Below, in pieces: positions 17,629 through 27,818 of a stretch of DNA of 64,000 bases. The stretch spans positions 230,327-294,326 of the forward strand of contig CAYGOD010000002.1 of the NCBI GenBank assembly GCA_964351525.1, written 5' to 3'. The notes beneath the pieces are model-generated. The model was not told the origin of the DNA. It ran no database searches and saw only the letters and a program-made list of their open reading frames with translations. Source of the DNA: an uncultured Bdellovibrionales bacterium (GTDB lineage: Bacteria; Pseudomonadota; Alphaproteobacteria; Micavibrionales; GCA-2720935). The first letter of the stretch is position 1. The number at the start of each line of letters is the position of its first letter. A program made the translations under genes and the position numbers.

Positions 17629-18585
17629 ATGCATATGACCGTCGTTAAAAACCCATCAATATCAGAAGAAACTCGCCATGTTCTGGCGATTGGCAATTTT
17701 GATGGCATTCATATAGGGCATCAAAAAATCATCAATTATTGTGTGAATCGCGCCAAAGAAACGAGTATTTCTTCTGGATTACTTAGCTTTACCCCGCATC
17801 CAAAACGTTTCTTCAAGCCAGATAGCGACAGCTTTATGATTTCGTCACCTGACCAAAAGCATGATTTGTTGAATGATATGGGGCTTGATCGTTATTTTAT
17901 CCAAGATTTTAATAATGACTTTGCACATTTAAGTGCCGAAGATTTTATAACCACCATTCTTGTTGATGCCGTTAGGGTATCCACAGTCGTGATTGGTGCG
18001 GACTTTCGTTTTGGGCGTGATCGTGCGGGTGATATTGACTTGCTGCGCTCTTTTGGTAAAAAACATGATTTTACCGTAACTGTTATGGATGACGTTTTGG
18101 ACGATCATGATAAAATTTATTCTTCTACGGCGACACGCGGTGCTATTGCCGCGGGTGATTTGGCGCTGGCCCACGCTATGTTGGGGCGTGATTTTGAAAT
18201 AGAAGCTATTGTTGTGCACGGGGATAAGCGCGGGCGTGAACTTGGATATCCGACCGCTAATATGCGTTTAAAAGATGATTGTGGACGTGACTATATTCAT
18301 CCAAAATACGGAATTTATGCGGTTTCTTTTGGTCTTAAACAAGCTGACGGCACATATATATGGCATGATGGCGTTGCCAATTTAGGCACGCGCCCCATGT
18401 TTAAAGCGCCAGCCCCTCTATTAGAGACATTTATTTTTGATTTCGATAAAGAGATTTACGATCAAACCGCACGCGTGCGCCTCAAACATTACATCCGTCC
18501 TGAAATGAAGTTTGATAATTTAGACGATTTAATCGTGCAAATGGATCAAGACACAGCCCAAGCCAAAGAATTTTTAGCTAAATAA
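17629..18585 (+). CDS. ribF: Bifunctional riboflavin kinase / FMN adenylyltransferase
   Basis: AIGNFDGIHIGHQKII (the nucleotidyltransferase HxGH-type motif) and GDKRGRELGYPTANM (the kinase domain) are present. Confidence 0.92.
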   Translation: MHMTVVKNPSISEETRHVLAIGNFDGIHIGHQKIINYCVNRAKETSISSGLLSFTPHPKRFFKPDSDSFMISSPDQKHDLLNDMGLDRYFIQDFNNDFAHLSAEDFITTILVDAVRVSTVVIGADFRFGRDRAGDIDLLRSFGKKHDFTVTVMDDVLDDHDKIYSSTATRGAIAAGDLALAHAMLGRDFEIEAIVVHGDKRGRELGYPTANMRLKDDCGRDYIHPKYGIYAVSFGLKQADGTYIWHDGVANLGTRPMFKAPAPLLETFIFDFDKEIYDQTARVRLKHYIRPEMKFDNLDDLIVQMDQDTAQAKEFLAK

Positions 18586-18696
18586 TAGATTATAGATGGA
18601 TAAAACTTGGCATTCTGAGATGCTAAACGTTTTTAACGTAATCAGACCCAATCATTTTTGCTCTGTAGGACATGTCCTTGAGACGGGTCGCATAAT

Positions 18697-18731
18697 AAAA
18701 AACAGCGCTGATTATAAATCAGCGCTGTTTT
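18697..18731. terminator. Bidirectional rho-independent terminator between convergent genes
   Basis: AAAACAGCGCTGAT / ATCAGCGCTGTTTT forms a perfect 14-bp stem with a 6-nt loop, flanked by A-runs and T-runs. Confidence 0.75.
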
Positions 18732-18750
18732 AATTTTTATATATAGCTAT

Positions 18751-19404
18751 TTAGCCAAAACGTTTTGTACGTGGACGTGGGTTTATCACACGTATCATAT
18801 TTGTTTGTGATAGTGCGCTCAATGAACGCTTAAAATTATTTAATGGGGCCTCTAACTGACCGCTCATCATTGTGATCGCGGCTGTTAGGTGACCGCGCAA
18901 CACGACAGTGTTTTTACGTGTGTTGATAACAAAACTGTCTGCGCGCATCTGTGCCTGAACAAAGTCACCTGCGTTAAGATGCGTTTGGTATGTTAAATTA
19001 TTAACCCGCACAATGATTGCACCGTCAAAAATATCGTTATGACCGTTTGCGTCTATGTTCTCTCTAAGGCTATCTAAGTCGGCGCTATTAAACAAAACAC
19101 GGTTGCGGTTAATGTCTTTAATGTCGGCTGTTTCAAGGAATTTAGGGTCTCTACTTCCCCAGGGGCCTTTGTGGGCTTGTAACCCAGCAAATAAGTTACC
19201 GTTTTTATCCAACACGATATAGGTATCATGTGGCGATGTAAGGGCTGTGTTTAATCGTTCTCTGCCGGTATTAACAAACAGTGTGTCTGTGTCGGCGGCA
19301 ATCGCAAAAGCGTTGCCAAAGCGGGCATGAATTTCGGGTGTATGGGGAAAGGAAGCATTGTTAAATGCCGTCTGATTTTGAATGTCTAATACGCTTAGTT
19401 GCAT
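18751..19404 (-). CDS. Hypothetical protein, 217 aa
   Basis: The ORF has protein-like composition. I recognise no signal peptide and no motif. Confidence 0.45.
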   Translation of the reverse strand: MQLSVLDIQNQTAFNNASFPHTPEIHARFGNAFAIAADTDTLFVNTGRERLNTALTSPHDTYIVLDKNGNLFAGLQAHKGPWGSRDPKFLETADIKDINRNRVLFNSADLDSLRENIDANGHNDIFDGAIIVRVNNLTYQTHLNAGDFVQAQMRADSFVINTRKNTVVLRGHLTAAITMMSGQLEAPLNNFKRSLSALSQTNMIRVINPRPRTKRFG

Positions 19405-19649
19405 CGTCGTAACCTTTTGTGAATAAATATTTTTTGATTTTTGGGTGCGTTCTGACCCTGAATGTTTTACAATTTTTTTTGGCTATTTTCTTTTAGCTTT
19501 TATGTTCATGTGTGACGCATGTTTATCACATGAATTATCCTTTGCAATACAAACCCTATCGCTTTTCTTCAAAAGCAATAATCGAACAAAACCATGCAAA
19601 TTTTATTAATTTTCAATCAAGAAGTCGCGCTTCTACATTAGGATATTAC

Positions 19650-20606
19650 ATGGATATATTTTTAACTCTTTTGGCAAAGATTGCCCCATTCTTTATCTAT
19701 ATCGCAATTGGTTACGTGATTGGGCGTTTCGTAAATCTGGATGTTAAGCGCCTCACATGGCAAGTATTGAGTCTAATTATTGCCCCGTTTATTTTTGTGG
19801 TTTTATTACAAGCCCCAATTGATGGCGAGGCATTCATGTTGGTGCCAATTGTGATGACGCTTATTTTAATGATGGTTTTCCTCTCACGGGTCATTGGTTT
19901 TTTTGTCTATCCAGATAAACCTCATATGGCCAGTTTGTTGAGCCTATCAACCGCATGGGGAAATAATGGTATGTTTGGTATCCCTGTGGTCGGCACATTA
20001 TTTGGAACGGAGTATATCGCGATATGGGCATTGATGATTTTATCAAACTCTGTCACCTACCATACGGTTGGTTATGCGATCGGGGCGGCGGGCAATAAAG
20101 GCGATGATCACTTTATAAAGCGTCTAAAAATTATGGTGGTCGCTCTGGCTAAATTCCCTGTATTTTGGGGTATGGTTTTGGGCATTGTGGCAAATGTGTT
20201 TGTAACGGATATGTTGACGGATAATGCGCAACAAAATTTAGATATGATGTCTGATATTTTGAAACAAGCCGCTACGTTGGGTGGGATGGGCATTATAGGC
20301 CTTTTGGCTAGCCGTTATCATTTAAGGATTTCAACGCGATTTTTGGCATCGGTATTTTTACTGCGTTATTGTTTGTGGCCCTTATTAGCCACTTGTTTCA
20401 TTTTCTTCAATAATACAGTATTTCATTTTTTACCCCGTGATTTAGCATTCTTGATTGCTATTTTTTCGCTTATGCCGTCTGCGATCATGGTGTCGTCCTA
20501 TGCTGTTATTCATGATCTGGATGAGGGACAAGCCGTCATGATTATTTTTATTAATACCTTATTATCTTTATGCTTTTTGTCGTTGCTCAGTGTTTTTGTA
20601 ACTTGA
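19650..20606 (+). CDS. AEC (auxin efflux carrier) family transporter-like membrane protein
   Basis: I prefer the ATG at 19650 (AGGAT upstream). MDIFLTLLAKIAPFFIYIAIGYVIGRF is a typical AEC N-terminus, and the protein is about 10-TM hydrophobic. Confidence 0.6.
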   Translation: MDIFLTLLAKIAPFFIYIAIGYVIGRFVNLDVKRLTWQVLSLIIAPFIFVVLLQAPIDGEAFMLVPIVMTLILMMVFLSRVIGFFVYPDKPHMASLLSLSTAWGNNGMFGIPVVGTLFGTEYIAIWALMILSNSVTYHTVGYAIGAAGNKGDDHFIKRLKIMVVALAKFPVFWGMVLGIVANVFVTDMLTDNAQQNLDMMSDILKQAATLGGMGIIGLLASRYHLRISTRFLASVFLLRYCLWPLLATCFIFFNNTVFHFLPRDLAFLIAIFSLMPSAIMVSSYAVIHDLDEGQAVMIIFINTLLSLCFLSLLSVFVT

Positions 20607-20680
20607 AAAGTGTTTTCGTGACTTAAAACGCGTTATCTTTTAAGGCTTGTTTTAGAAAGAGAGCAAGATAAACTATCCCC

Positions 20681-21430
20681 ATGAAAAATAATCAAGTCAC
20701 CTCCCCTGTAAAGAAAACCCGTCACGAGAGATTTTTTCGTTTGATCGTTATCGCCGCTATTGTGGCGCTGATCGTTTTGGCCGGTTTTACCATGCATAAA
20801 AATTATAAAGACAAGATTGAAGGGGCAGCGCCCTATATAGAAGCCGTTGAGATGGCACGCATAAGCAGTGACTTGGTCGGCGCTTATAATGCGATGAAAG
20901 AAATTCCTGATACGCATTTTGAAACGGTTTGGGATATTATTAAAGACCGTATTCCAAATTATGAACCAACATTATATTACGCATTAGCCGATATTTATAT
21001 GCGTCAAGATCTAAAAGACGAGGCTTTGTTCTGGGTATTTCTTGCGCGCTTTCGTCTTAATCACGATGCACAATTATGTGCGGATAGTGAGACAGCAAAA
21101 AACTGGTACACGCATTTCGATGGGCGCTTTATGAATCAAGCATTGTGGGGGGAATATATAGCCCAATCAAAAACAAAAAAAGATGCGATGACGGCACGGT
21201 TATTGACGCGTGTTTTGGCATGGGACGCCGCTAACTTTAAACATTATGTATTACCGCTTTATTTATGTCGTTTATCTATTGGCCCACAAAAAATCAAAGA
21301 TGGCGGCGTTAGTTTAATGGGTGACACAGCAGGCTGGGGTTTCATGCGCCAGGCTTTGCGTGATATTACGCAACAGCAAATTGACGCTTTTTCAAAAAAA
21401 GAGATTAACGAGAGTTTAAATAAAGAATAG
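20681..21430 (+). CDS. Hypothetical membrane-anchored protein, 249 aa
   Basis: There is an N-terminal TM anchor (FFRLIVIAAIVALIVLAGF). The remainder is unrecognised. Confidence 0.5.
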   Translation: MKNNQVTSPVKKTRHERFFRLIVIAAIVALIVLAGFTMHKNYKDKIEGAAPYIEAVEMARISSDLVGAYNAMKEIPDTHFETVWDIIKDRIPNYEPTLYYALADIYMRQDLKDEALFWVFLARFRLNHDAQLCADSETAKNWYTHFDGRFMNQALWGEYIAQSKTKKDAMTARLLTRVLAWDAANFKHYVLPLYLCRLSIGPQKIKDGGVSLMGDTAGWGFMRQALRDITQQQIDAFSKKEINESLNKE

Positions 21431-21496
21431 GGCTGTAACGTTTTAGCTGTGATTGGCGAAGAACAAGTAACAGATTTTATAAAAGAGGATTATCAA

Positions 21497-23731
21497 ATGT
21501 CGATTAAACATGTTTACACATCTCTATATTCTTTTATCGCATTTGCCTTTCTCGTGTCTTTGATGGCGTGGCCTCAAGTCACGAAAGCGCAAGAGGCAGA
21601 ATATGTGCAGGCATCGTTAGTAACGCAGAATAATGCTTTTGTCGTTGGGCAAAAAGACGGCAATATTTTGGGTCTATTCCAAGATATTGCAGATCATTGG
21701 CATGTTTATTGGCGTAATGCTGGCGATAGCGGCTTGGAAACGCGCATAACATGGAATGATCTGCCCGATGGCGTAACAATTTCTGATATGACATGGCCTG
21801 TGCCACAGGTTATGCCTTATGAAGGGCTTATCAATTACGGTTATGAAGGCTCTGCCCTTTATCCGATGACGGTTGCGTTGGATGATAATTTTGTTGGTGA
21901 TGAGGTCACGTTAAATGCTGATGTGACGTGGCTTGTTTGTATGGAAATTTGTATTCCTGAAAGTGCCAAAATTTCAATAACTGTGCCAGTTGTACAAGAT
22001 GTATCTTTGGTGAATCCTTCTGTTAATGCGCCGCTTTTCAATGATGTGAATAAGCCCTATCCAGTTACCATAGAGGGCAATACGCGCGCTACGATTGCCA
22101 AAATAGATGTGGTGAACAATTTGGTTATCAATGCCGATATTGACGGCATATCTGATTTTAATCAGATTAAAACAGCGCATTTTTTCCCGTATGAATGGGG
22201 TATGTTGATTTATAGTGCCCCGCAAAAATACGGCGTACAGGACGGGCAATTCATTTTAGAAGTAGCCTCGCCAAGTGACCTCTTTCCAGCGCCTGAAGCA
22301 CCACTAAGCGGAGTGTTGCGTTTGGATTTAACGGATGGTTCGGTTAGGGCTTATGAGCTGAATGCGGCCAAAGCCTTAGGTGCTAGTGATTTTTTAAGAT
22401 TAAACGCAGGTGATGTTCAAAATAATAATATTGAAATAACGGCTCCTGTTATACAAGAAATTATCCAAGAAACAGGTGCAACCGTTACCCCTAATTTGCC
22501 ACTTCCCTATTTAACAATTTTATTCTTTGCTCTATTGGGCGGAATTATTCTTAATTTGATGCCGTGTGTCTTCCCTGTCTTATCGATGAAGGCAATGGAT
22601 TTGGTGCGTAAAACAGATGACGTTGATGCGACCGAAAAGACTTTCCGCATGGGCGGCCTTATTTATACCCTTGGTGTTGTGGTTTCATTTGGGGCCCTTG
22701 GTGGTCTGTTATTAGTGTTGCGCGCGGCTGGTCAAGAATTGGGCTGGGGTTTTCAATTACAATCCCCGATCTTTGTTGCCGCGATGGTGACATTATTCAT
22801 GTTGGTTGGCTTCAATCTATTGGGCGTGTTTGAGATTAGTACAAAACTCATGTCTGCTGGTGGTGATTTGGCCACCAAGAAGGGCCATGCTGGATCATTC
22901 TGGACGGGTGTTCTTGCGGTGGTCGTTGCGTCACCTTGTACGGCACCGTTTATGGCGTCTGCCCTTGGTGCAACACTTATTCTGCATCCCGCTCAGTCTC
23001 TCTTGGTGTTTGTGGTGCTTGGTATTGGTTTGGCCTTGCCATACTTATTAGTTAGTTTCGTGCCCTTCCTACGTCGTGCGTTACCAAAACCAGGCGCATG
23101 GATGGATGGGTTTAAACAATTTATGGCATTTCCGATGTTTGCGTCTGCCTTGTGGTTGTTCTGGGTTTTATCCCAACAAGCCAGCGCGATGGTTTTGGTT
23201 GCTACCATGGCGATCACAATCGCGGCGCTATTCTTGTTATGGTCTAGCAACCGTCGAGGCCGTATTGGTGCATGGATTGGGATGATTGTTGGTGGTTTAT
23301 TGATTGCTTATTTAACGGTGAATGTTCTGGTTAAGGCGCCAAGTGCCCATGATATATCTGAATCGTCAGCAACAGAAATCACACAGAAAGTTCCTGTTCA
23401 GAAATTCTCTGCTGATAAATTGGCATTGTTGCGCGCCCAAAATAAAGCCGTTTTTGTTAACATGACGGCGGCGTGGTGTATTACATGTTTAGCGAATGAG
23501 GGCAGTTCTTTGTCTCGTGATGTTGTTCAACAAGCTATGGTTGATAACGACATTACCTATATGAAAGGTGACTGGACAAATTTTGATGCCGAGATCACCA
23601 CTTATCTAAAGAGCTATGGACGCTCTGGCGTTCCGCTCTATGTCTATTATGATGCAGATGGTAGTGAAAAAATCCTTCCGCAAATTTTAACCCCCGATCT
23701 TGTTCTGTCTGTCATTCAGGGCAATATCTAA
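21497..23731 (+). CDS. dsbD: DsbD/ScsB-family thiol:disulfide interchange (reductant-transfer) membrane protein
   Basis: The ATG at 21497 follows AAGAGGA, and a signal peptide is present. The TM-domain cysteines sit in LNLMPCVFPVLSMK and VVASPCTAPFMASALG. The C-terminal thioredoxin domain carries WCITC. Confidence 0.85.
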   Translation: MSIKHVYTSLYSFIAFAFLVSLMAWPQVTKAQEAEYVQASLVTQNNAFVVGQKDGNILGLFQDIADHWHVYWRNAGDSGLETRITWNDLPDGVTISDMTWPVPQVMPYEGLINYGYEGSALYPMTVALDDNFVGDEVTLNADVTWLVCMEICIPESAKISITVPVVQDVSLVNPSVNAPLFNDVNKPYPVTIEGNTRATIAKIDVVNNLVINADIDGISDFNQIKTAHFFPYEWGMLIYSAPQKYGVQDGQFILEVASPSDLFPAPEAPLSGVLRLDLTDGSVRAYELNAAKALGASDFLRLNAGDVQNNNIEITAPVIQEIIQETGATVTPNLPLPYLTILFFALLGGIILNLMPCVFPVLSMKAMDLVRKTDDVDATEKTFRMGGLIYTLGVVVSFGALGGLLLVLRAAGQELGWGFQLQSPIFVAAMVTLFMLVGFNLLGVFEISTKLMSAGGDLATKKGHAGSFWTGVLAVVVASPCTAPFMASALGATLILHPAQSLLVFVVLGIGLALPYLLVSFVPFLRRALPKPGAWMDGFKQFMAFPMFASALWLFWVLSQQASAMVLVATMAITIAALFLLWSSNRRGRIGAWIGMIVGGLLIAYLTVNVLVKAPSAHDISESSATEITQKVPVQKFSADKLALLRAQNKAVFVNMTAAWCITCLANEGSSLSRDVVQQAMVDNDITYMKGDWTNFDAEITTYLKSYGRSGVPLYVYYDADGSEKILPQILTPDLVLSVIQGNI

Positions 23732-23773
23732 ATAAATTAATGACACTTAATATAATAGTATAGGAGAAGAAGA

Positions 23774-24403
23774 ATGATTAAATCAGCAATGATGGCACTA
23801 TGTGCTTTTTTATGTCTCGGTTTTGCCGGCCAAGCAAATGCGGACGACCACGGTGATAAGGAAATGATGGCGAAGATCGGTGAAAAAGCACCTATTTTTA
23901 CAGCCACAGACAGTAACGGCGTAGAGCACACATTATCGGACTTTCTGGGTAAAACGGTTGTGCTTGAATGGACGAACCATGAATGTCCTTTCGTGAAGAA
24001 ACATTATGATAGCGGGAACATGCAGGCGCTTCAGGTAGAAGCTGGCGATGATGTTATTTGGTTGTCAATCGTTTCATCCGCAGAAGGCAAGCAGGGCTTT
24101 GTTGATGGCGCGCAAGCGAATGAGCAAACATTGATCCGTGAAGCATCACCAACGGCTGTCTTGCTAGATGCAAGTGGTACAGTGGGTAAAATGTACAATG
24201 CCAAAACAACACCACATATGTTTGTGATTGATACGGCTGGTACACTTGTCTATGCGGGCGCGATTGATGATAATACATCGGCGAATCCTGCTGACGCTTT
24301 AACGGCAAATAACTATGTCCGTGCGGCCTTAAATGATTTGAAGGCTGGCGAATCTGTAAAAGTTACGGAAACAAAAGCCTATGGCTGTGGCGTTAAATAT
24401 TAA
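23774..24403 (+). CDS. Secreted thioredoxin-fold (redoxin-like) protein
   Basis: The signal peptide is MIKSAMMALCAFLCLGFAGQANA. The redoxin-like core is GKTVVLEWTNHECPFVKKHY. It lies next to the dsbD-like gene. Confidence 0.65.
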   Translation: MIKSAMMALCAFLCLGFAGQANADDHGDKEMMAKIGEKAPIFTATDSNGVEHTLSDFLGKTVVLEWTNHECPFVKKHYDSGNMQALQVEAGDDVIWLSIVSSAEGKQGFVDGAQANEQTLIREASPTAVLLDASGTVGKMYNAKTTPHMFVIDTAGTLVYAGAIDDNTSANPADALTANNYVRAALNDLKAGESVKVTETKAYGCGVKY

Positions 24404-24430
24404 ATCACAATCGTAAATAATTAAGATAAT

Positions 24431-24463
24431 GCGCCCCTTTCTTAACGATTGGGGTGTTTTTTT
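24431..24463 (+). terminator. Possible rho-independent terminator
   Basis: GCGCCCC (24431..24437), a 13-nt loop, GGGGTGT (24451..24457), then a T-run. The large loop and G-U pairs make this only moderate. Confidence 0.4.
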
Positions 24464-24577
24464 ATGGTTTTTATTCGGTCTGTTTAAATATTAATGAAAT
24501 TTTTACCGTTTCGGTTGCATGCTTAGATATACGGTGCTTAAACCGTTTTTATAAGAATAAATAATGGGTATGAAAAC

Positions 24578-25243
24578 ATGACGATCTCGACACAAACCAA
24601 AGGCGTTTACAGCAAAGAAGAATTACTGATGAAGATGGGAACCGTCGGCGTTTCTAAATTCAAAGATTTTCGTCTTGAACATTGTGAACGTACTTCCAAA
24701 GAGATCACATCTTATGCGGTTGTTGGGTTTGAGCAAGGGGATCGGATTTTGCGTGCTGAATCAATCGTCAAACGTAAGCAAAAAGATACAGAAACCGTTA
24801 AAGATTTTAGACAAGAATTTGGCATGTATTACGAAACAGCCGAAGAATGTGAAAATGCCATACAACATTTTGAATTGGTTGCCGAAAAAGAATGGATCAC
24901 AGGCAATTACCGTATTAAAGACATTATTGTTGATGGCGAGGTTTACCCTGTTGAAGACGAAGGCCTTGTAGAATTGGCTTTGTCGATTTTCTATGCACGT
25001 TTGGTTGAAATTGAAATCATGAATGAAGAAAAAGTTGAGAGCTATAGTTATGACGACGTACAGGCTGATATGGTACGTGATGTTATAAATTCGGTTCTTT
25101 ATGGTGATGATGAAACGCAGAATAATATTGAGATGCATAAAAAAGCGCAAACAATTCACGCGCGTATGCCGATGATTTGCTTTGATGACCGCCTTGTTAC
25201 TTTTATTGGGGCCGGAAGCAACGAACGTGTTGCGACTAATTAA
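24578..25243 (+). CDS. Hypothetical protein, 221 aa
   Basis: The plus-strand frame has protein-like composition, while the antisense ORF 24761..25255 does not. I recognise no motif. Confidence 0.45.
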   Translation: MTISTQTKGVYSKEELLMKMGTVGVSKFKDFRLEHCERTSKEITSYAVVGFEQGDRILRAESIVKRKQKDTETVKDFRQEFGMYYETAEECENAIQHFELVAEKEWITGNYRIKDIIVDGEVYPVEDEGLVELALSIFYARLVEIEIMNEEKVESYSYDDVQADMVRDVINSVLYGDDETQNNIEMHKKAQTIHARMPMICFDDRLVTFIGAGSNERVATN

Positions 25244-25270
25244 ATAAAGCAGCAACGAACGTGTTGCGAC
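25217..25270. repeat. Perfect 20-bp direct repeat spanning a stop codon
   Basis: AGCAACGAACGTGTTGCGAC occurs at 25217..25236 and 25251..25270. Each copy contains the small palindrome GCAAC..GTTGC. Confidence 0.85.
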
Positions 25271-25300
25271 CTGATTAACTTAAACTACAGCTTATAAAAT

Positions 25301-26644
25301 CTATTCACCGCCAACTGTCATTGATGGGATCAGAATGGTCGGATAATTGTGACGTTTGTCGGTGGTGAGATCGTTCGCGACAATCATATCTTTGAACATA
25401 TCAATTAAGTTGCTCGATAATGTTACTTCATGGACAGGATAGGCGATTACGCCATTTTCAATCCAAAACCCACTTGCGCCGACACTGTAATCGCCATTAG
25501 CAAGACTATTTGGTCTAGACATCAGGCTGGTTGCTAAAAACCCTGTACCGATATCTTTTAATAGGGCTTCTCTGGTTTTTTCACCAGGGGCAATAGTTAG
25601 ATTGGTTGTAATGCCACTGCCACGCAAGTTTGGATCGTTTAGAGCATCACATTGACGCGCAGAACTTAAACCCCATATCCAGTTTGTTAAAACTCCGTCT
25701 TTGATAAGGTCGAGTTGCTTTAAAGCAAAGCCTTCGCCGTCAAATGGTTTACTACCAAGTCCACGTTTTTTGTGTGGGTTGTCAAATAAGTGAAGGTCTG
25801 TATTTTCAAAAAGCTTTTCGCCTTTTTTATCTTTCAGGAAACTAATGCCACGGGCAATATTACGCCCCGCAATGGCATCAATAAGTTGCCCGAACAAAGA
25901 ACCAGCAATATCTGCATCATAAAAGACGGGATAGGTGCCTGTTTTGACTTTTTGAGGGTTTAATTTAAGGGCGGTTTTTTCTGCCGCCTTTATCCCGACA
26001 TCTTCTGGTGATTTTAAATCTTCGAAATGTGCGGCGCCCGTATAATCATAATCGACTTGCATGGTTTCACCACTGCCGGCGATCGGTTGTACATAAAGAC
26101 TGTAATGGGTATTTTTGTAACTACCCTTGAAACCGTTACTGGAAAGCATATGAATTTCGCTTTCATCAAAACTAACGCCAGCACCCTTGCTGTTTTCAAC
26201 TTGCTTATGGCTTAGGGCTGCTGCCTCGGTGCGTTTGGCAAGATCGATTAAAACCGCTTCATCAATGATGTTATTATCTGCCAGCTCAAGCGCATCGATA
26301 TCTTCTTGGGTAATATTTTTCGCGATTTGATCTGTGCTGGCTAATCCGCAATAGGGATCTTCTGGCAATAGATCAATTGTTTCTAATGCCGCATTGATTT
26401 GATTCTTAAGCGTTTCAATATCATGTTGGGTTGATGATAATGTTTGTTTTTTTTGGCCTTTAAAAAGACGAATAGTAATGCCATTACTTTCCGCACGTTC
26501 CAAAGATTCTGGCGTACCCAAACGTTGGTCATAGGCAAAGCTTTTGGCCTGTGCGACCTTAATGTCACAATCTGTTGCCCCATTTTTAAGGGCATGGTCA
26601 ATAAGAGGCGAAAATTGATCGATAGAAAATTGGTCTGATGGCAT
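25301..26644 (-). CDS. pmbA: PmbA/TldD-family metalloprotease (TldE)
   Basis: The length and the C-terminal GDYSVGASGFWIENG and PTILIPSMTVGG are typical of PmbA/TldD. Confidence 0.85.
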   Translation of the reverse strand: MPSDQFSIDQFSPLIDHALKNGATDCDIKVAQAKSFAYDQRLGTPESLERAESNGITIRLFKGQKKQTLSSTQHDIETLKNQINAALETIDLLPEDPYCGLASTDQIAKNITQEDIDALELADNNIIDEAVLIDLAKRTEAAALSHKQVENSKGAGVSFDESEIHMLSSNGFKGSYKNTHYSLYVQPIAGSGETMQVDYDYTGAAHFEDLKSPEDVGIKAAEKTALKLNPQKVKTGTYPVFYDADIAGSLFGQLIDAIAGRNIARGISFLKDKKGEKLFENTDLHLFDNPHKKRGLGSKPFDGEGFALKQLDLIKDGVLTNWIWGLSSARQCDALNDPNLRGSGITTNLTIAPGEKTREALLKDIGTGFLATSLMSRPNSLANGDYSVGASGFWIENGVIAYPVHEVTLSSNLIDMFKDMIVANDLTTDKRHNYPTILIPSMTVGGE

Positions 26645-26699
26645 GGCGCATAACCCTTTTGTAAAAATAATAACTATCTTTTAAGTAAGGGTCTTTGAT

Positions 26700-27533
26700 C
26701 TAAGATTCAAGAACTTCGTCGGCAATAAGGTGTCCTGAGGGGATTGCCATTGTTTGGAATAGGATTCTGGCGGAGTTTTGCGGGAAGACTTCTTTGATAA
26801 AGCGTTCAACGACTTGCTTCATACGTAAGGTCGCATCAACCGGTTCGCGGTCGTTAATTGTGCGTTGCATTGTAATGACAAGGCGATTGGGGTCGATGTG
26901 GCCAATAAGGTCACTGCGGCGGCGACGTTGAAATAAGTTCTCTTTTAGGGCATCTATTGCAATTTGGTAATTGGCTTCTCCCATTTCACTTATTAATGTA
27001 TTCGCATTATCAATAATGACATTCATGACGTAGGCTTTTTCACCATAGCGATCGGCGCGGTCAATGGATGACAAAAGGATTTGTGCCGTTGCAATACGTC
27101 CCATAAAACCTTGTGCGCATGGTATTGATGAATCATGTTCAAAGCGTGTCATTTCACCTTCAAATTTAATCATGCGCTTTGCATTATTGATTTGTTCTAA
27201 GATGTTGGCCTTATCAAGTGGTTTTTTGAACAGGTCATTTGCCCCGTATTTTAGTGCAATATCTTGGCTGTTTTCTGGTGTCGCGGCAATCATATAAGGA
27301 TATGTTGCCTCTTTGCCGCCTAAGCGCCTAAGGGCAATAATCATAGGTCTGGCGGTGGGTTGAGGTTTTGGGTCGGCAAAAATTATTGACGCCTTTGTCT
27401 TCTCAAATAAACCCATTCCCTCTTCTAGCGACAAAGCATGGTGACAGGCAAGACCAGCACCGTTAAGGATTGCTTCAATATCGCTATATGCTTGGCGGTC
27501 ACGGTCTATGATGATAACGTCATTTAAGTTCAT
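26700..27533 (-). CDS. Response-regulator receiver domain protein with a degenerate GGDEF-like C-terminal domain
   Basis: REC landmarks are IIIDRD, IIFAD, MIAAT and FKKPL. The C-terminal part follows the GGDEF domain pattern, but the signature position reads DPNRL. Confidence 0.45.
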   Translation of the reverse strand: MNLNDVIIIDRDRQAYSDIEAILNGAGLACHHALSLEEGMGLFEKTKASIIFADPKPQPTARPMIIALRRLGGKEATYPYMIAATPENSQDIALKYGANDLFKKPLDKANILEQINNAKRMIKFEGEMTRFEHDSSIPCAQGFMGRIATAQILLSSIDRADRYGEKAYVMNVIIDNANTLISEMGEANYQIAIDALKENLFQRRRRSDLIGHIDPNRLVITMQRTINDREPVDATLRMKQVVERFIKEVFPQNSARILFQTMAIPSGHLIADEVLES

Positions 27534-27818
27534 GTTTTTTAAATCTTTTTGGCTTTATATTTAGAGAATATGTGAGGTGAAACGTCAAATAATGAAGATC
27601 ATCATTTTATTCTTAAATAACTTTATGAGATTTTCCCCTAATACACAACCCGCTAAACAAATATTATTTGCTTTAAGGTCTTATTTTAAAGGATTTAAAT
27701 GAAGAAATCTTTAAATCTTTTGTTGGCTGACTATAATCGCTGTAAAGCTTGCTTAAAAGCCTGATTTTGTGTTAAAAACACTTGAAATGTAATGTAAGAC
27801 ATAGATTAAGGACATACC

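Noticed and set aside
19512-19649. N-terminal 46 residues of the track ORF for the AEC transporter
   Set aside because: The internal ATG at 19650 has an SD-like AGGAT and yields the typical family N-terminus. The upstream extension is non-hydrophobic and starts at a non-ATG codon.
24761-25255. 164-aa minus-strand ORF overlapping the 221-aa plus-strand gene
   Set aside because: It is Ile/Asn/Phe-rich and reads like AT-rich noise. The plus-strand frame has balanced composition.
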